DNA from: an uncultured Porphyromonadaceae bacterium
GTDB taxonomy: Bacteria; Bacteroidota; Bacteroidia; Bacteroidales; Muribaculaceae
NCBI GenBank assembly: GCA_947175665.1
Contig: CAMWNR010000002.1
Coordinates: 88-64,087 of the forward strand
Direction of reading: 5' to 3'
Length of the DNA: 64,000 bases
Shown here: positions 10,605 through 20,785 of the stretch, piece by piece
Position numbering within the stretch: position 1 is the stretch's first letter
Layout of the letters: each line of letters begins with the position of its first letter
The notes under the pieces: model-generated
What the model saw: only the letters and a program-made list of their open reading frames with translations
Database searches by the model: none
Told to the model about the DNA's origin: nothing
Program-made: the position numbers and the translations under genes

Positions 10605-11504
10605 ATGATACACCATTTCATACCCTGGAGCGAGGCGATACTCCCTCCCCGCCAGACTCTTGTGCCGCTTAACGGTAAGTTCGGGATTTTACGCCAGTTA
10701 CCCCCACCGCAGATTATATGGCTGGATGAGATACCCTCTACCCATACCTATCTTAAATCGGGTGAGGCCGGTGATCTGGCTCAATACACTATGGTTTGCG
10801 CACAGCGCCAGACTGCAGGGCGCGGACAGAGAGGAAATTCCTGGGAATCTGAGGATTACAAAAATCTTACTTTTTCTCTCCCTTTCTTACCTTCCGATAT
10901 ACGCCCTGCCGACCAATTTATCATATCGGAGGCTTTTGCCCTCTCTATAGTGGCCTTACTGCAGGAGGAGGGTATCTCGGCTTGCGTGAAGTGGCCTAAC
11001 GATATTTATGTGGGTGAGCGCAAAATATGCGGCATACTTATAGACCATGCGCTCTGCGCAGGGGAGATTTCCCGCACTATCCTCTCGGCCGGATTGAATA
11101 TCAACCAATTGGTATTTAAAAGCGATGCCCCGAACCCTTGCTCTATGTTACAGGTGATACGCCGCACAGTACCTGATATGGGGGAGTACGATGTGGAGAG
11201 GCTGGCGATACGCCTGCTGCAGATTATACGCCAGTTGATGGAGGCCACCCGCAATGCCGCTGACCGCGAGACGATACACCGCTCGTATATGCGTCACCTC
11301 TTCCGCCATGACGGTCGTCCTCATCTCTTTTACGACCGTCGGCGCGACCAGAAGTTTGCCGGTATCATACGCGATGTGCTCCCCGACGGTCCCTTAGTGA
11401 TGGAGGATGCCGTCACCGGGGTGACGCTCCCGCCGTTTCTATTTAAAGAGATTGCCCATCTACCCGAAGATGACACAATAACCGCTTTTGCCGCCGACAT
11501 CTGA
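10605..11504 (+). CDS. birA: Biotin--[acetyl-CoA-carboxylase] ligase
   Basis: Carries the BPL signature RQTAGRGQRGNSWES and KWPNDIY. I chose the ATG at 10605, 1 nt after the upstream stop, rather than the overlapping track start at 10518. Confidence 0.85.
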   Translation: MIHHFIPWSEAILPPRQTLVPLNGKFGILRQLPPPQIIWLDEIPSTHTYLKSGEAGDLAQYTMVCAQRQTAGRGQRGNSWESEDYKNLTFSLPFLPSDIRPADQFIISEAFALSIVALLQEEGISACVKWPNDIYVGERKICGILIDHALCAGEISRTILSAGLNINQLVFKSDAPNPCSMLQVIRRTVPDMGEYDVERLAIRLLQIIRQLMEATRNAADRETIHRSYMRHLFRHDGRPHLFYDRRRDQKFAGIIRDVLPDGPLVMEDAVTGVTLPPFLFKEIAHLPEDDTITAFAADI

Positions 11505-11568
11505 ACATTTCTCCTACGGTAAAAACCCGGTTGAGAAAAAAGGCGTAAAATAATAGCGGTGTAAGCAA

Positions 11569-11771
11569 GAAGTTGTTTAACCTTATTTCTTCGTTAAGAT
11601 TTCGTCAGATTTTTGAGTGGATTTCTCCATCCGAAGAGGGAGTTTAGCGTGCTAAGCGACCGATGAGGAGGAAGAAAGCCGCCAAAAAGATGGCGGAAGA
11701 TTAATGAAGAGATTATAAAATTCACAACATTTTACGATTATATTCAATCGTAAATAAGGTTAAACAACTTC
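11569..11771. repeat. 203-bp segment bounded by a perfect 20-bp inverted repeat (GAAGTTGTTTAACCTTATTT / AAATAAGGTTAAACAACTTC)
   Basis: The left arm is 11569-11588 and the right arm is 11752-11771. They are exact reverse complements by manual check, with a 163-bp spacer. An 8-bp-stem hairpin lies at 11732-11753. Confidence 0.8.
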
Positions 11772-11827
11772 ATTACATCACTATAACGAATATATTTATC
11801 TAACTTTAAATTTAAATAGAGATCAAA

Positions 11828-12247
11828 ATGAATATCTCACACATCGAACACATCGGCATCGCAGTGCCTAACCTCGAAGAGGCTATCAAGTATTATGAGA
11901 ATGTTCTCGGACTTAAATGCTACAAGCAGGAAGTCGTAGAAGACCAGAAGGTAACCACCGCTTTCTTTAAGGTTGGTGATACAAAAATCGAACTTCTCGA
12001 AGCCACTTCTCCCGACTCCACAATCGCTAAATTTATCGAGAAAAACGGAGGTAAAGGTGGTATGCACCATTTAGCATTTGCCGTAGAAGACGGAGTAGCC
12101 AACGCTCTCGCTGAATGTGAAGAGAAGGGTGTCCGCACCATCGATAAGGCTCCCCGCAAAGGTGCCGATGGTCTGCAAATCGCATTCCTCCACCCCAAAT
12201 GCACAGAAGCAGTATTAACTGAACTTTGCGAAGATCCCAATAAATAA
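11828..12247 (+). CDS. mce: Methylmalonyl-CoA epimerase (VOC family)
   Basis: 139 aa beginning MNISHIEHIGIAVPNLEEAIKYYENVLGL. It sits first in the mmd operon. Confidence 0.9.
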   Translation: MNISHIEHIGIAVPNLEEAIKYYENVLGLKCYKQEVVEDQKVTTAFFKVGDTKIELLEATSPDSTIAKFIEKNGGKGGMHHLAFAVEDGVANALAECEEKGVRTIDKAPRKGADGLQIAFLHPKCTEAVLTELCEDPNK

Positions 12248-12329
12248 GAATTATTAAAAAGACCGGAAACATTCTATTTTATTTACTGATATTTAGAATG
12301 TTGCCGGTTTTATTACATTACTATACATC

Positions 12330-13883
12330 ATGAGCATACAGGAAGAAAAAATCCAGCAACTTATTGCCAAGCGTACCGAAGCGCGTCTCGGTGGCGGCGA
12401 AAAGGCTATCGAAAAGCAACACGCACGTGGTAAGTATACCGCTCGCGAAAGAATCGCTCAACTTCTCGATGAGGGAAGTTTTGAAGAACTCGACATGTTT
12501 GTAACCCACCGTTGCACCAACTTCGGTCAGGACAAAAAGCATATCCTCGGTGATGGCGTAGTGACCGGTTTCGGTACTATCGAAGGCCGCCTTGTTTATG
12601 TTTTCGCTCAGGACTTCACAGTTTTCGGTGGTTCTCTCTCGGAAACTATGGCTCAGAAAATCTGTAAGGTTATGGATATGGCCATGAAGATGGGTGCTCC
12701 CGTAATCGGTCTTAACGACTCAGGTGGTGCCCGTATTCAGGAAGGCATCAATGCCCTTGCAGGTTATTCTGAAATCTTCCAGCGCAATATCCTCGCTTCG
12801 GGCGTAGTACCTCAGATTTCCGCTATCCTCGGCCCCTGCGCAGGTGGTGCCGTTTACTCTCCGGCGCTCACCGACTTCACCATTATGGTTAAGGGCATCT
12901 CTTATATGTTCCTTACAGGTCCCTCTGTTGTAAAAACAGTTACCGGTGAGGATGTTACACAGGAACAACTCGGTGGCGCAAGCGTACACGCTTCTAAGAG
13001 TGGTGTTACTCACTTCGCTTGCGAAGATGGCGAAGAGGCTCTTATGCTTATTCGCAAACTTATCAGTTATATCCCCCAGAACAATATGGAGGAGACTCCG
13101 CTGGTTGAATGTAACGACCCCATCGATCGTCTTATCGACGAACTCAATGACATCATCCCCGACAGCCCGAAGAGAAGTTACGATATGTATGACGTCATCG
13201 GCAAGGTTATCGACAATGGTGAGTTCCTTGAAGTGCAACGCGATTACGCTAAAAATATTATCACAGGTTTCGCTCGCTTCAACGGTCAGGCCGTTGGTAT
13301 CGTAGCCAATCAGCCTAAAGTACTCGCAGGTGTACTTGACTCTAATGCTTCTCGTAAGGGTGCTCGCTTCGTAAGATTCTGCGATGCGTTCAATATCCCC
13401 CTTGTTACACTTGTAGACGTTCCCGGATTCTTGCCCGGCACAGGTCAGGAATACAATGGTGTAATCCTTCACGGTGCAAAACTCCTCTACGCTTATGGTG
13501 AGGCTACTGTACCTAAAGTAACAGTTACACTCCGTAAGAGTTACGGCGGTTCTCACATCGTGATGAGTTGTAAGCAACTCCGTGGTGATGTCAACTACGC
13601 ATGGCCCTCTGCAGAAATTGCAGTAATGGGTGCCGAAGGTGCTGTAGGCGTACTCTACGCAAAACAGGCTAAGGAACAGGCTGATCCCGCTGCTTACATT
13701 GCAGAAAAAGAGAAAGAATATACCGATCTCTTCGCTAACCCCTATAACGCTGCCAAGTATGGCTATATCGATGATGTGATCGAACCGCGCAATACACGTT
13801 TCCGCATCATCCGCGCTCTTCAGATGCTCGCTACCAAGAAAGTATCCAATCCCCCGAAGAAGCACGGTAATATTCCGTTGTAA
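12330..13883 (+). CDS. mmdA: Methylmalonyl-CoA decarboxylase alpha subunit (acyl-CoA carboxyltransferase)
   Basis: 517 aa with carboxyltransferase motifs ([26 protein letters not shown]). Confidence 0.9.
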   Translation: MSIQEEKIQQLIAKRTEARLGGGEKAIEKQHARGKYTARERIAQLLDEGSFEELDMFVTHRCTNFGQDKKHILGDGVVTGFGTIEGRLVYVFAQDFTVFGGSLSETMAQKICKVMDMAMKMGAPVIGLNDSGGARIQEGINALAGYSEIFQRNILASGVVPQISAILGPCAGGAVYSPALTDFTIMVKGISYMFLTGPSVVKTVTGEDVTQEQLGGASVHASKSGVTHFACEDGEEALMLIRKLISYIPQNNMEETPLVECNDPIDRLIDELNDIIPDSPKRSYDMYDVIGKVIDNGEFLEVQRDYAKNIITGFARFNGQAVGIVANQPKVLAGVLDSNASRKGARFVRFCDAFNIPLVTLVDVPGFLPGTGQEYNGVILHGAKLLYAYGEATVPKVTVTLRKSYGGSHIVMSCKQLRGDVNYAWPSAEIAVMGAEGAVGVLYAKQAKEQADPAAYIAEKEKEYTDLFANPYNAAKYGYIDDVIEPRNTRFRIIRALQMLATKKVSNPPKKHGNIPL

Positions 13884-13928
13884 TCTGACTTAGTTTGCAG
13901 CGTAACAATATTTAATACGTTAATTCAA

Positions 13929-14555
13929 ATGTTGAAAAAAATATTTTTTGCGGCCACTCTATCTCTTGCATTAGGATTCTCTCACATTCCTTGCGCAGCA
14001 CAGAATGCCGATGACCAGCCCGCTCCTATGACCGTAGTCGAGGAACTCCCCGATGGTATAGATGAAGTGGAGGCTCCCGGTGTTCCATCTGAAGAAGTGA
14101 ATACCATCCCCGAGAGTAAGATCGCCCGCACTATGACTCAGGCTGAAAAAGCCCAGAATGTCAAGGAAAATGACAGTTGGGGCGGTGCAATTACGATTAT
14201 CGCGATGTGTATCGTAATCGGTGCGCTCATCATCCTCTCGCTCCTTTTCATGGGCTTCGGTAAGATCTCTGAAATGTTGCTCTCTAAAAAGAAAGCAGTG
14301 GCTCAGGGTAAAAATTTTGACGATGTCAATGATCATGAAGACCACGTTGACTCAGGTGAGGCTATCGCCGCTATAGCAATGGCTCTCGCCGAGCATTTTA
14401 ACGATCAGCACGATATGGAGAGCGCTATCCTGACTATACGTCGCCTCCGTCGCGCTTATTCGCCCTGGAATTCCAAGATCTATAACATCCGTCAGAATCC
14501 CGAACTCGTTAAACATGAGGCTCGTCCCCTGCCGGTCAATAAAAACTACAAATAA
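13929..14555 (+). CDS. OadG-like small membrane subunit of the Na+-translocating decarboxylase
   Basis: 208 aa with a signal-like N-terminus and one TM span (GAITIIAMCIVIGALIILSLLFMGF). It lies between the carboxyltransferase and biotin-carrier genes. Confidence 0.65.
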   Translation: MLKKIFFAATLSLALGFSHIPCAAQNADDQPAPMTVVEELPDGIDEVEAPGVPSEEVNTIPESKIARTMTQAEKAQNVKENDSWGGAITIIAMCIVIGALIILSLLFMGFGKISEMLLSKKKAVAQGKNFDDVNDHEDHVDSGEAIAAIAMALAEHFNDQHDMESAILTIRRLRRAYSPWNSKIYNIRQNPELVKHEARPLPVNKNYK

Positions 14556-14573
14556 TTCTATTACATCATTGAA

Positions 14574-15017
14574 ATGAAAGAATATAAATATAAAATCAAC
14601 GGCACCAAATTTAATGTAACTGTCGGCGATGTTGTCGACAATAAGGTGCATGTAGAGGTTAATGGCACACCCTACGATGTAGAACTCGATAAGGCTCCCG
14701 CACCCACTGTGGCTTCGCTTGCTAAACCAAAGGCTCCCGCTGCCGCTCCGCGTACCGAAAGTGGTGCAAAGGTTATCAGTACTCCCGCACCTTCTACCGG
14801 TGCAGGATCGGCTGTTAAGAGTCCGCTCCCCGGCACTATCATGAGTTTTAATGTCAGCGAAGGTGATACTGTCAAAGCAGGTGACACAGTATGTGTGCTT
14901 GAAGCCATGAAGATGGAAAATGACATCCATACTAATGTAGGCGGTACTGTCAAGAAGATTCTCGTAGGTGTAGGCGATGCTATCCTCGAGGGTACAGATA
15001 TCATGATCATCGAATAA
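14574..15017 (+). CDS. mmdC: Biotin carboxyl carrier subunit
   Basis: 147 aa with an Ala/Pro linker and the biotinylation motif CVLEAMKMEN. Confidence 0.85.
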   Translation: MKEYKYKINGTKFNVTVGDVVDNKVHVEVNGTPYDVELDKAPAPTVASLAKPKAPAAAPRTESGAKVISTPAPSTGAGSAVKSPLPGTIMSFNVSEGDTVKAGDTVCVLEAMKMENDIHTNVGGTVKKILVGVGDAILEGTDIMIIE

Positions 15018-15045
15018 TTAATCTAAATTTCAAAGACTCGACGAC

Positions 15046-16209
15046 ATGTTATTGCTTAGTTCTTTCTCAGCATTCCTCGAATCTTCCTTACAGACATTCT
15101 GGAATTTCACCGGCTTCGCCAACTGCGAGTGGGGAAATATCATTATGCTCGCTGTAGGTTGCTTCTTCGTATGGCTTGCCATTAAGAAGAATTTCGAGCC
15201 TCTGCTGCTTGTGCCGATCGGTTTCGGCATGCTGCTCGGCAACATCCCCTTCCAGCCGGGTATGGAAATCGGTATTTACGAAGAGGGTTCGGTTCTGAAT
15301 ATCCTTTACAACGGTGTGGAAAAAGGGTGGTATCCCCCTCTTATCTTCCTCGGCATCGGTGCTATGACCGACTTCTCGGCTCTTCTTGCCAATCCTAAAC
15401 TTATGGTGATTGGTGCCTGCGCTCAGTTCGGTATCTTCGGCGCTTACATGCTGGCTCTGCTTGTAGGCTTCGATCCCCTCTCAGCAGGTTGTGTCGCTAT
15501 CATCGGTGGTGCTGACGGTCCGACCGCTATCTTCACCACTTCTAAACTTAATCCGTCGCTTCTCGGTGCAGTAGCGGTATCTGCATATTCATATATGGCA
15601 CTTATCCCGCTCATTCAACCCCCGTTGATGAGACTCTTCACCACTCAGAAGGAGCGTATGATCAAGATGAAACCGGCACGTGTGGTAAGCCAGAACGAGA
15701 AGATTATCTTCCCCATCGTAGGCCTGCTCCTCACTTGCTTTGTAGTACCCTCAGGTATTCCATTGCTCGGTATGCTCTTCTTCGGCAACCTTCTGCGCGA
15801 AAGCGGCGTTACCACACGCCTCGCGAAGACTGCTCAAAATGCAATGACCGACATCATCACTATCCTGCTCGGTCTTACAGTTGGTGCGTCAACTCAGGCT
15901 GACGTATTCTTGAGCCTTGATACTCTCAAGATTTTTGGCCTCGGCTTCCTGGCTTTCGTTATCGCCTCTTCTGCCGGTGTACTGAGTGTAAAACTCTTCA
16001 ACCTTTTCCTTTCTCATAATAAGAAGATCAACCCGCTTATCGGTAATGCCGGCGTTTCTGCCGTACCGATGGCTGCGCGTATCTCAAACAACGTTGGTTT
16101 GGAATACGACCCCTCAAACTATCTTCTTATGCACGCAATGGGCCCAAACGTAGCCGGAGTTATCGGTTCTGCTGTAGCAGCAGGTGTACTCCTGAGTTTC
16201 CTCGGCTAA
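15046..16209 (+). CDS. mmdB: Na+-translocating decarboxylase beta subunit (OadB/MmdB family)
   Basis: 387 aa and polytopic, with typical OadB segments ([34 protein letters not shown]). Confidence 0.9.
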   Translation: MLLLSSFSAFLESSLQTFWNFTGFANCEWGNIIMLAVGCFFVWLAIKKNFEPLLLVPIGFGMLLGNIPFQPGMEIGIYEEGSVLNILYNGVEKGWYPPLIFLGIGAMTDFSALLANPKLMVIGACAQFGIFGAYMLALLVGFDPLSAGCVAIIGGADGPTAIFTTSKLNPSLLGAVAVSAYSYMALIPLIQPPLMRLFTTQKERMIKMKPARVVSQNEKIIFPIVGLLLTCFVVPSGIPLLGMLFFGNLLRESGVTTRLAKTAQNAMTDIITILLGLTVGASTQADVFLSLDTLKIFGLGFLAFVIASSAGVLSVKLFNLFLSHNKKINPLIGNAGVSAVPMAARISNNVGLEYDPSNYLLMHAMGPNVAGVIGSAVAAGVLLSFLG

Positions 16210-16239
16210 TCTGATTTCTCAGAATTCTGATCCAATTAT

Positions 16240-16279
16240 AGAGGATATGTCGACAATCCGGCATATCCTCTTAATTTTT
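16240..16279 (+). terminator. Rho-independent terminator after the mmd operon
   Basis: Stem GAGGATATG (16241-49) pairs with CATATCCTC (16262-70) and is followed by TTAATTTTT. Confidence 0.6.
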
Positions 16280-16386
16280 AGGCATATATTTGATCCACCT
16301 TAATTTTTTTTGATTTTTTTCTGAAAAAGTGTCACATTTTGCTCTATGTTTGCGTCCTATATATGTTCCATAAAACTATATTGACT

Positions 16387-18687
16387 ATGGCGTCTAAAAA
16401 GACTTACATCTCAACATTTATTTTATGTTCGGCATTGGGTCTGTTCGCACGACCCGATAGCGAACATTCATTTGAAGCCGCTGTCGGCTCCGAAGAAATT
16501 TCCAATCAAACTTCTGCAAGTGTTGATTCAATTCCAAATGATTCCATTGAAAATGATATAGACTACACCTATCTCGATGAGTTCGTCATCACCGAACATG
16601 CCAAACTCGTAAAGAGCGATGGCGCAACCTTGACATATAATGTGACCGAAGATCCTGAATCAGCGAGTTCCAATACTCTTCAGATTCTGCGAAAAATTCC
16701 CGGAGTAACTGTTGATGCTGAGGACAACGTAAAGGTCAACGGGCAATCAAGTTTTAAAATCCTGCTCAACGGAAGAGAAGACCCGATGCTGAAAGGGGAC
16801 ATCAAGACAGTCCTAAAATCATTACCCGCCTCCACTATCAAGAAAATCGAAGTAATCTCCGAACCCGGTGCGAAGTATGATGCCGAAGGAGTCGGAGGGA
16901 TATTGAATATCGTGACTGATAAGTCTCAAACTCTTACCGGATATATGACCCAGATTGGGGCCTGGATAAATTCATATCAAGTGGGCGGATACGTCAATGC
17001 ACGCGGCAAGTTCAATAAGGTCTTGCTTGACGCTAATGTGTCTTACAATAACGGCAGGCCATGGAAAAGGACGTATAATTCCGACCGGACAGTAGAGAAT
17101 CTTGATGATTCTGAAAATTATCTTCTCTCCTCATCAAGTAAATCAAGTTCCGGATGGGATTACACCGGTGCAAACCTTAATATGTCGTGGGAGCCGGACA
17201 CTCTAAATCTATTCACAGTCGCCCTTAATTTCGGAAATAACGGATGGGATTCCCATGGATTAGAACGCAGATTTCAGCAGCGCAGAGATATGTCGACAGT
17301 CTGGGATCTCACACGGGATGCCGACAATAAGGGTCGCTATCTCGGAGTCGGGGGGCAATTATCATATCAGCATAATTTCCTTCGTGATGATCATAATATC
17401 GTTATTTCTTACGAATATGATTTCTCTAAAAATAACGGTAATAACGATTACACGGCAACCTATCTAAGCGGCGAAGGAACGGAAACACCGTTTAGCACTC
17501 AACTGTCAAAAAATCATAGCAACTCCCATATATTTCAATTAGATTACTCTAACAAACTTTCCAAACGACATCTCATCGAGGCAGGGGGAAAACTCTATCT
17601 CACTGATAATTCAAGTTTCAGTCTCCCCTCTTTTGGAGAATCCGCGGCGAATGCTGTACCTTCTCTCGAACTCGCGATGGATATGTCGCAAATAAAAAAT
17701 TTATATGCATTATATGGCTCATACAGCGGCACATTTTCAAAGTTGAATGTGACAGCAGGACTGAGATATGAATATACTTATATGGGAGTGCGCTATCGGT
17801 TGGGGGAATATCCCGACTTTACGTCCCGCTTGCATGATTTGGTGCCGAATGCGGCAGTAAGTTACAATCTTGCATCAGCCACAAGTCTGCGATTCGCCTA
17901 CCAGATGAGAATTTCACGTCCCAGTATCTATAATATCAATCCATACGTAAATGTGCTGACACCCGGTCAGATATCCTACGGCAATCCCGATCTGAAAAGC
18001 GAAAAGGGACATCTTTTCTCTTTGGTATATTCAAATTATGAAGGTAAATTCTCGGGAAGTGCGAAACTGACTTACAGGTATGTCAATAATGGGGTCAATG
18101 ATGTAATATTCGTCCGCGACGGCATACTCAACAGCACTTACGCAAATATCGGGGAATCCCATAACGCCGGGATTGATCTTTCAGGGGACTGGAATATTAC
18201 TTCTGATCTCAGATGGTCGATCTATGGGTCAGCCAACTACGTTCACATGCGAGCGGACTCGGAAATGCTTCACGCGCATAATCAGGGATGGCAAGGCTCA
18301 TTCTCCACCAATCTTAATTATACTCTTCTTTCTAAATGGAAATTCAGTGGCTACGGAGGGCTGTGGACTCCCTGGATAGACCTTCAGGGTAAAGGGACGT
18401 CTACCGGCTATTACTATGGAATCGGCGCTTCACGCGATTGGCTGAAGGATGATGCACTGAATATTCAGATTAGTGCCGGAAACTTTCTGACACCCCGCCG
18501 CACTAGTAATTACGAACAGATTAACGGCAATCTGATTCTAAAAAACAGTTTCAGATATTCCCAATGGAACGTCGGTGTGAGCATCTCATTTAAATTCGGA
18601 GGTTTGACTTCAAGCGTGAAACGCACTGCCGCATCAATCGAAAAGGAGGAGTCGCAAAGTGGTGGCGGCAATAAGGGTGCGAACTGA
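16387..18687 (+). CDS. Outer-membrane beta-barrel family protein with a TonB-dependent-receptor-like plug
   Basis: Plug-like segment LQILRKIPGVTVDAEDNVKVNGQSSFKILLNGRE, followed by a long barrel rich in aromatic-terminated strands. I chose the start at MASKKTYISTFILCSALGLFA (16387). The track ORF starts at TTG 16339. Confidence 0.75.
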   Translation: MASKKTYISTFILCSALGLFARPDSEHSFEAAVGSEEISNQTSASVDSIPNDSIENDIDYTYLDEFVITEHAKLVKSDGATLTYNVTEDPESASSNTLQILRKIPGVTVDAEDNVKVNGQSSFKILLNGREDPMLKGDIKTVLKSLPASTIKKIEVISEPGAKYDAEGVGGILNIVTDKSQTLTGYMTQIGAWINSYQVGGYVNARGKFNKVLLDANVSYNNGRPWKRTYNSDRTVENLDDSENYLLSSSSKSSSGWDYTGANLNMSWEPDTLNLFTVALNFGNNGWDSHGLERRFQQRRDMSTVWDLTRDADNKGRYLGVGGQLSYQHNFLRDDHNIVISYEYDFSKNNGNNDYTATYLSGEGTETPFSTQLSKNHSNSHIFQLDYSNKLSKRHLIEAGGKLYLTDNSSFSLPSFGESAANAVPSLELAMDMSQIKNLYALYGSYSGTFSKLNVTAGLRYEYTYMGVRYRLGEYPDFTSRLHDLVPNAAVSYNLASATSLRFAYQMRISRPSIYNINPYVNVLTPGQISYGNPDLKSEKGHLFSLVYSNYEGKFSGSAKLTYRYVNNGVNDVIFVRDGILNSTYANIGESHNAGIDLSGDWNITSDLRWSIYGSANYVHMRADSEMLHAHNQGWQGSFSTNLNYTLLSKWKFSGYGGLWTPWIDLQGKGTSTGYYYGIGASRDWLKDDALNIQISAGNFLTPRRTSNYEQINGNLILKNSFRYSQWNVGVSISFKFGGLTSSVKRTAASIEKEESQSGGGNKGAN

Positions 18688-18734
18688 TTTCCGCAGCCCG
18701 GCAGGATTAATAACTCACATATTGAGAATATTTA

Positions 18735-19238
18735 ATGAACGAGAAAGTTTTTAGACAATCGGTATTACCTCTTCAGCGCCGGATGTATGCTTACGCGCTG
18801 AAACTGGGATTACCCCCTGAGGACGCCGCTGATGCTGTGCAGGAAACGCAGTTGAAGTTATGGCGTGGGAGGGAGGGTATCCCTGATGCGCCGCTGCTTT
18901 TTCAGAGTTATTGTCTGACAACCCTGCGCAATGAATGCATCTCTCATATAAGAAAAAGGAAACTGACTGATCCTTTAGAAAATGCAGAAAAGATGCCTGC
19001 TGAAGATTATATGGAGAGTATTGAAGTTGACGAAAGTCGACAAAGCATAGACCGAATAATTGATCTCCTTCCCAAAAGTCAGCGCAATGTCATACGCCTG
19101 AACACTTACGGAGAAATGGATGTAACCGAAATTGCATCTGCTACCGGACTCTCTCCCGCTAATGTTCGCCAACTACTCTCCAGAGGCAGAAAGCGATTGC
19201 GGCAATTACTTGAATCAATCTCCTCTAAAAATAAGTAA
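18735..19238 (+). CDS. ECF-type RNA polymerase sigma-70 factor
   Basis: 167 aa. Region 2 reads DAADAVQETQLKLW, and the region 4 helix-turn-helix reads MDVTEIASATGLSPANVRQLLSRGRKRL. Confidence 0.85.
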   Translation: MNEKVFRQSVLPLQRRMYAYALKLGLPPEDAADAVQETQLKLWRGREGIPDAPLLFQSYCLTTLRNECISHIRKRKLTDPLENAEKMPAEDYMESIEVDESRQSIDRIIDLLPKSQRNVIRLNTYGEMDVTEIASATGLSPANVRQLLSRGRKRLRQLLESISSKNK

Positions 19239-19241
19239 ATA

Positions 19242-20198
19242 ATGAAAGAAAACAACGATATAATCACTATAAGACTACTTCTTAAAAAATGGTATGAGGG
19301 AGCGACTAATGCCGCGGAGGAACTTCGGCTACGAAATCTTCTGCTCTCCGGGAATCCTCTCCCTGCCGATCTGGAAGAAGAATGCAAATTATTCTCGCTG
19401 ATATTTGAGGAATATAGTGATGATGCCGAAATTCCACAGATTCCCTCCGAATATGCGTATAGAATAAACTCGGCTCTTCACAGAGAAATGAAAAAAGGGA
19501 GACCCTTCGGGAGATTCAGACGCAGAAATATGATTATAGGAGCCGCGAGTTGCGCGCTTATTATCTCGGCGGCTTTCATGACATCTCATCTCATATCCAC
19601 TGAATATTCAGTTAAGTCAAAGGTTATATCCGCTAACCTGACTGACAGCGACTCGAATGTCAGTTGTGCCTCGGAAAATGAGTCTTCGATTCTTTCAACT
19701 GGCAACTCCCCGGAAACGCAGAATGAAGAGAATCCTCAAAAGCAGAATATCAATACTCTTAACCTGATTAATCTTCACTCGGAAGGCAACCGATTGGCAA
19801 AGAATTCAGATAAAGTTTCAGATAAAGTTTCATTGAACTCCGGAAGAAAGATGAAAACGCTCAACCCTGAAATGAGCAATGTGGATGAAACTGAGAATCA
19901 AACTTTCTCTAATTTATCTCCTAATCTCCGGAACGGCACATCTTCAAATAAATCCAACATGCATGAAAGCGAATTTACCTACCTTTCAGAAGAAGAGGAA
20001 GAGATGCTTGCCCGAAATAATTACAGAGTCATAAGAGATGATAAGGAGGCTGCTGAAATTCTAAATTCCATTGTCTCCAATATCGAAGTCAATATGGCTA
20101 TAGAAAGTATGAAGATGATAATGATAGAAACTGAATACAATACAGAATTAAATAAATACAGAAATAATGATAAATATCATGAAGAATCTCAAATCTAA
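19242..20198 (+). CDS. Putative anti-sigma factor (single-pass membrane protein)
   Basis: It starts 3 nt after the sigma gene. The N-terminus LLKKWYEGATNAAEELRLRNLL is of the type seen in Bacteroidota anti-sigma partners. It has one TM span (MIIGAASCALIISAAFM) and a Ser/Asn-rich low-complexity periplasmic part. Confidence 0.45.
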   Translation: MKENNDIITIRLLLKKWYEGATNAAEELRLRNLLLSGNPLPADLEEECKLFSLIFEEYSDDAEIPQIPSEYAYRINSALHREMKKGRPFGRFRRRNMIIGAASCALIISAAFMTSHLISTEYSVKSKVISANLTDSDSNVSCASENESSILSTGNSPETQNEENPQKQNINTLNLINLHSEGNRLAKNSDKVSDKVSLNSGRKMKTLNPEMSNVDETENQTFSNLSPNLRNGTSSNKSNMHESEFTYLSEEEEEMLARNNYRVIRDDKEAAEILNSIVSNIEVNMAIESMKMIMIETEYNTELNKYRNNDKYHEESQI

Positions 20199-20718
20199 AT
20201 TACGCCTCGGATCTTATAGAGGCATTTCGAAAGTTTTGCTTACAAGCCTTTTTACTTTATTGATATTGTGCCTCCCCGCGAAAATATATGGTGCCGATAT
20301 TTTTGCGGATCTTACCAAGATAAAGAATGTAGAAAGCACCTACGTTTCCGGAAAATTCTCTCATAATGTCAATCGATGGAACAGTCGGTCGGGTATTCAT
20401 TCCATGGATCTCAGCAGAGGCTTCTCTGCTCTCTACACTTATCAATGTTGGTCGCAAGAGGCGGTCGATCTCGCACAAAAATTGCTCAAGGACTATCTCT
20501 CGAAGAACAAAGATGTGGAATTGATGATGCATAAGAAAGACTCCTTTTCCGACTATAAGGTGTATGAAAAATTCAATAAAGATAATAAAGTCACCCAGAT
20601 GATAATCTGGAATTGTGAGGCTCCTAACTTGTGTGAAATAGTTGTCGTGGAATGGAAAGAGGGTCTTGACCGCTCCACCGCTTTTCACAACCCGTTACGC
20701 CCGCTTGCTTTTCTCTGA
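20179..20718 (+). CDS. DUF4252-like secreted protein
   Basis: Has a signal peptide. The pattern ADIFADLTKIKNVESTYVSGKF...VELMMHKKD...KVTQMIIWNC...EIVVVEWKEG matches my memory of DUF4252 proteins that accompany ECF sigma genes. I chose the start at MKNLKS (20179). Confidence 0.5.
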   Translation: MKNLKSKLRLGSYRGISKVLLTSLFTLLILCLPAKIYGADIFADLTKIKNVESTYVSGKFSHNVNRWNSRSGIHSMDLSRGFSALYTYQCWSQEAVDLAQKLLKDYLSKNKDVELMMHKKDSFSDYKVYEKFNKDNKVTQMIIWNCEAPNLCEIVVVEWKEGLDRSTAFHNPLRPLAFL

Positions 20719-20785
20719 AGATTAGATTCAATCTTTAAACCGGGATTAGACAGAATGTTTAACTTAACTATATAAACCGAACTTT

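Noticed and set aside
11505-11827. Cobalamin or other riboswitch in front of the mce/mmd operon, and a 13-codon ORF (MRRKKAAKKMAED, ~11662-11703)
   Set aside because: I could recognise no B12-box-like or other riboswitch core. The mini-ORF has no supporting signals. The region is better described by the 20-bp inverted repeat.
12720-13865. 381-aa ORF on the minus strand
   Set aside because: It lies entirely antisense to the strongly supported carboxyltransferase gene mmdA and its product has no recognisable motifs. It is a shadow ORF of a codon-biased gene.
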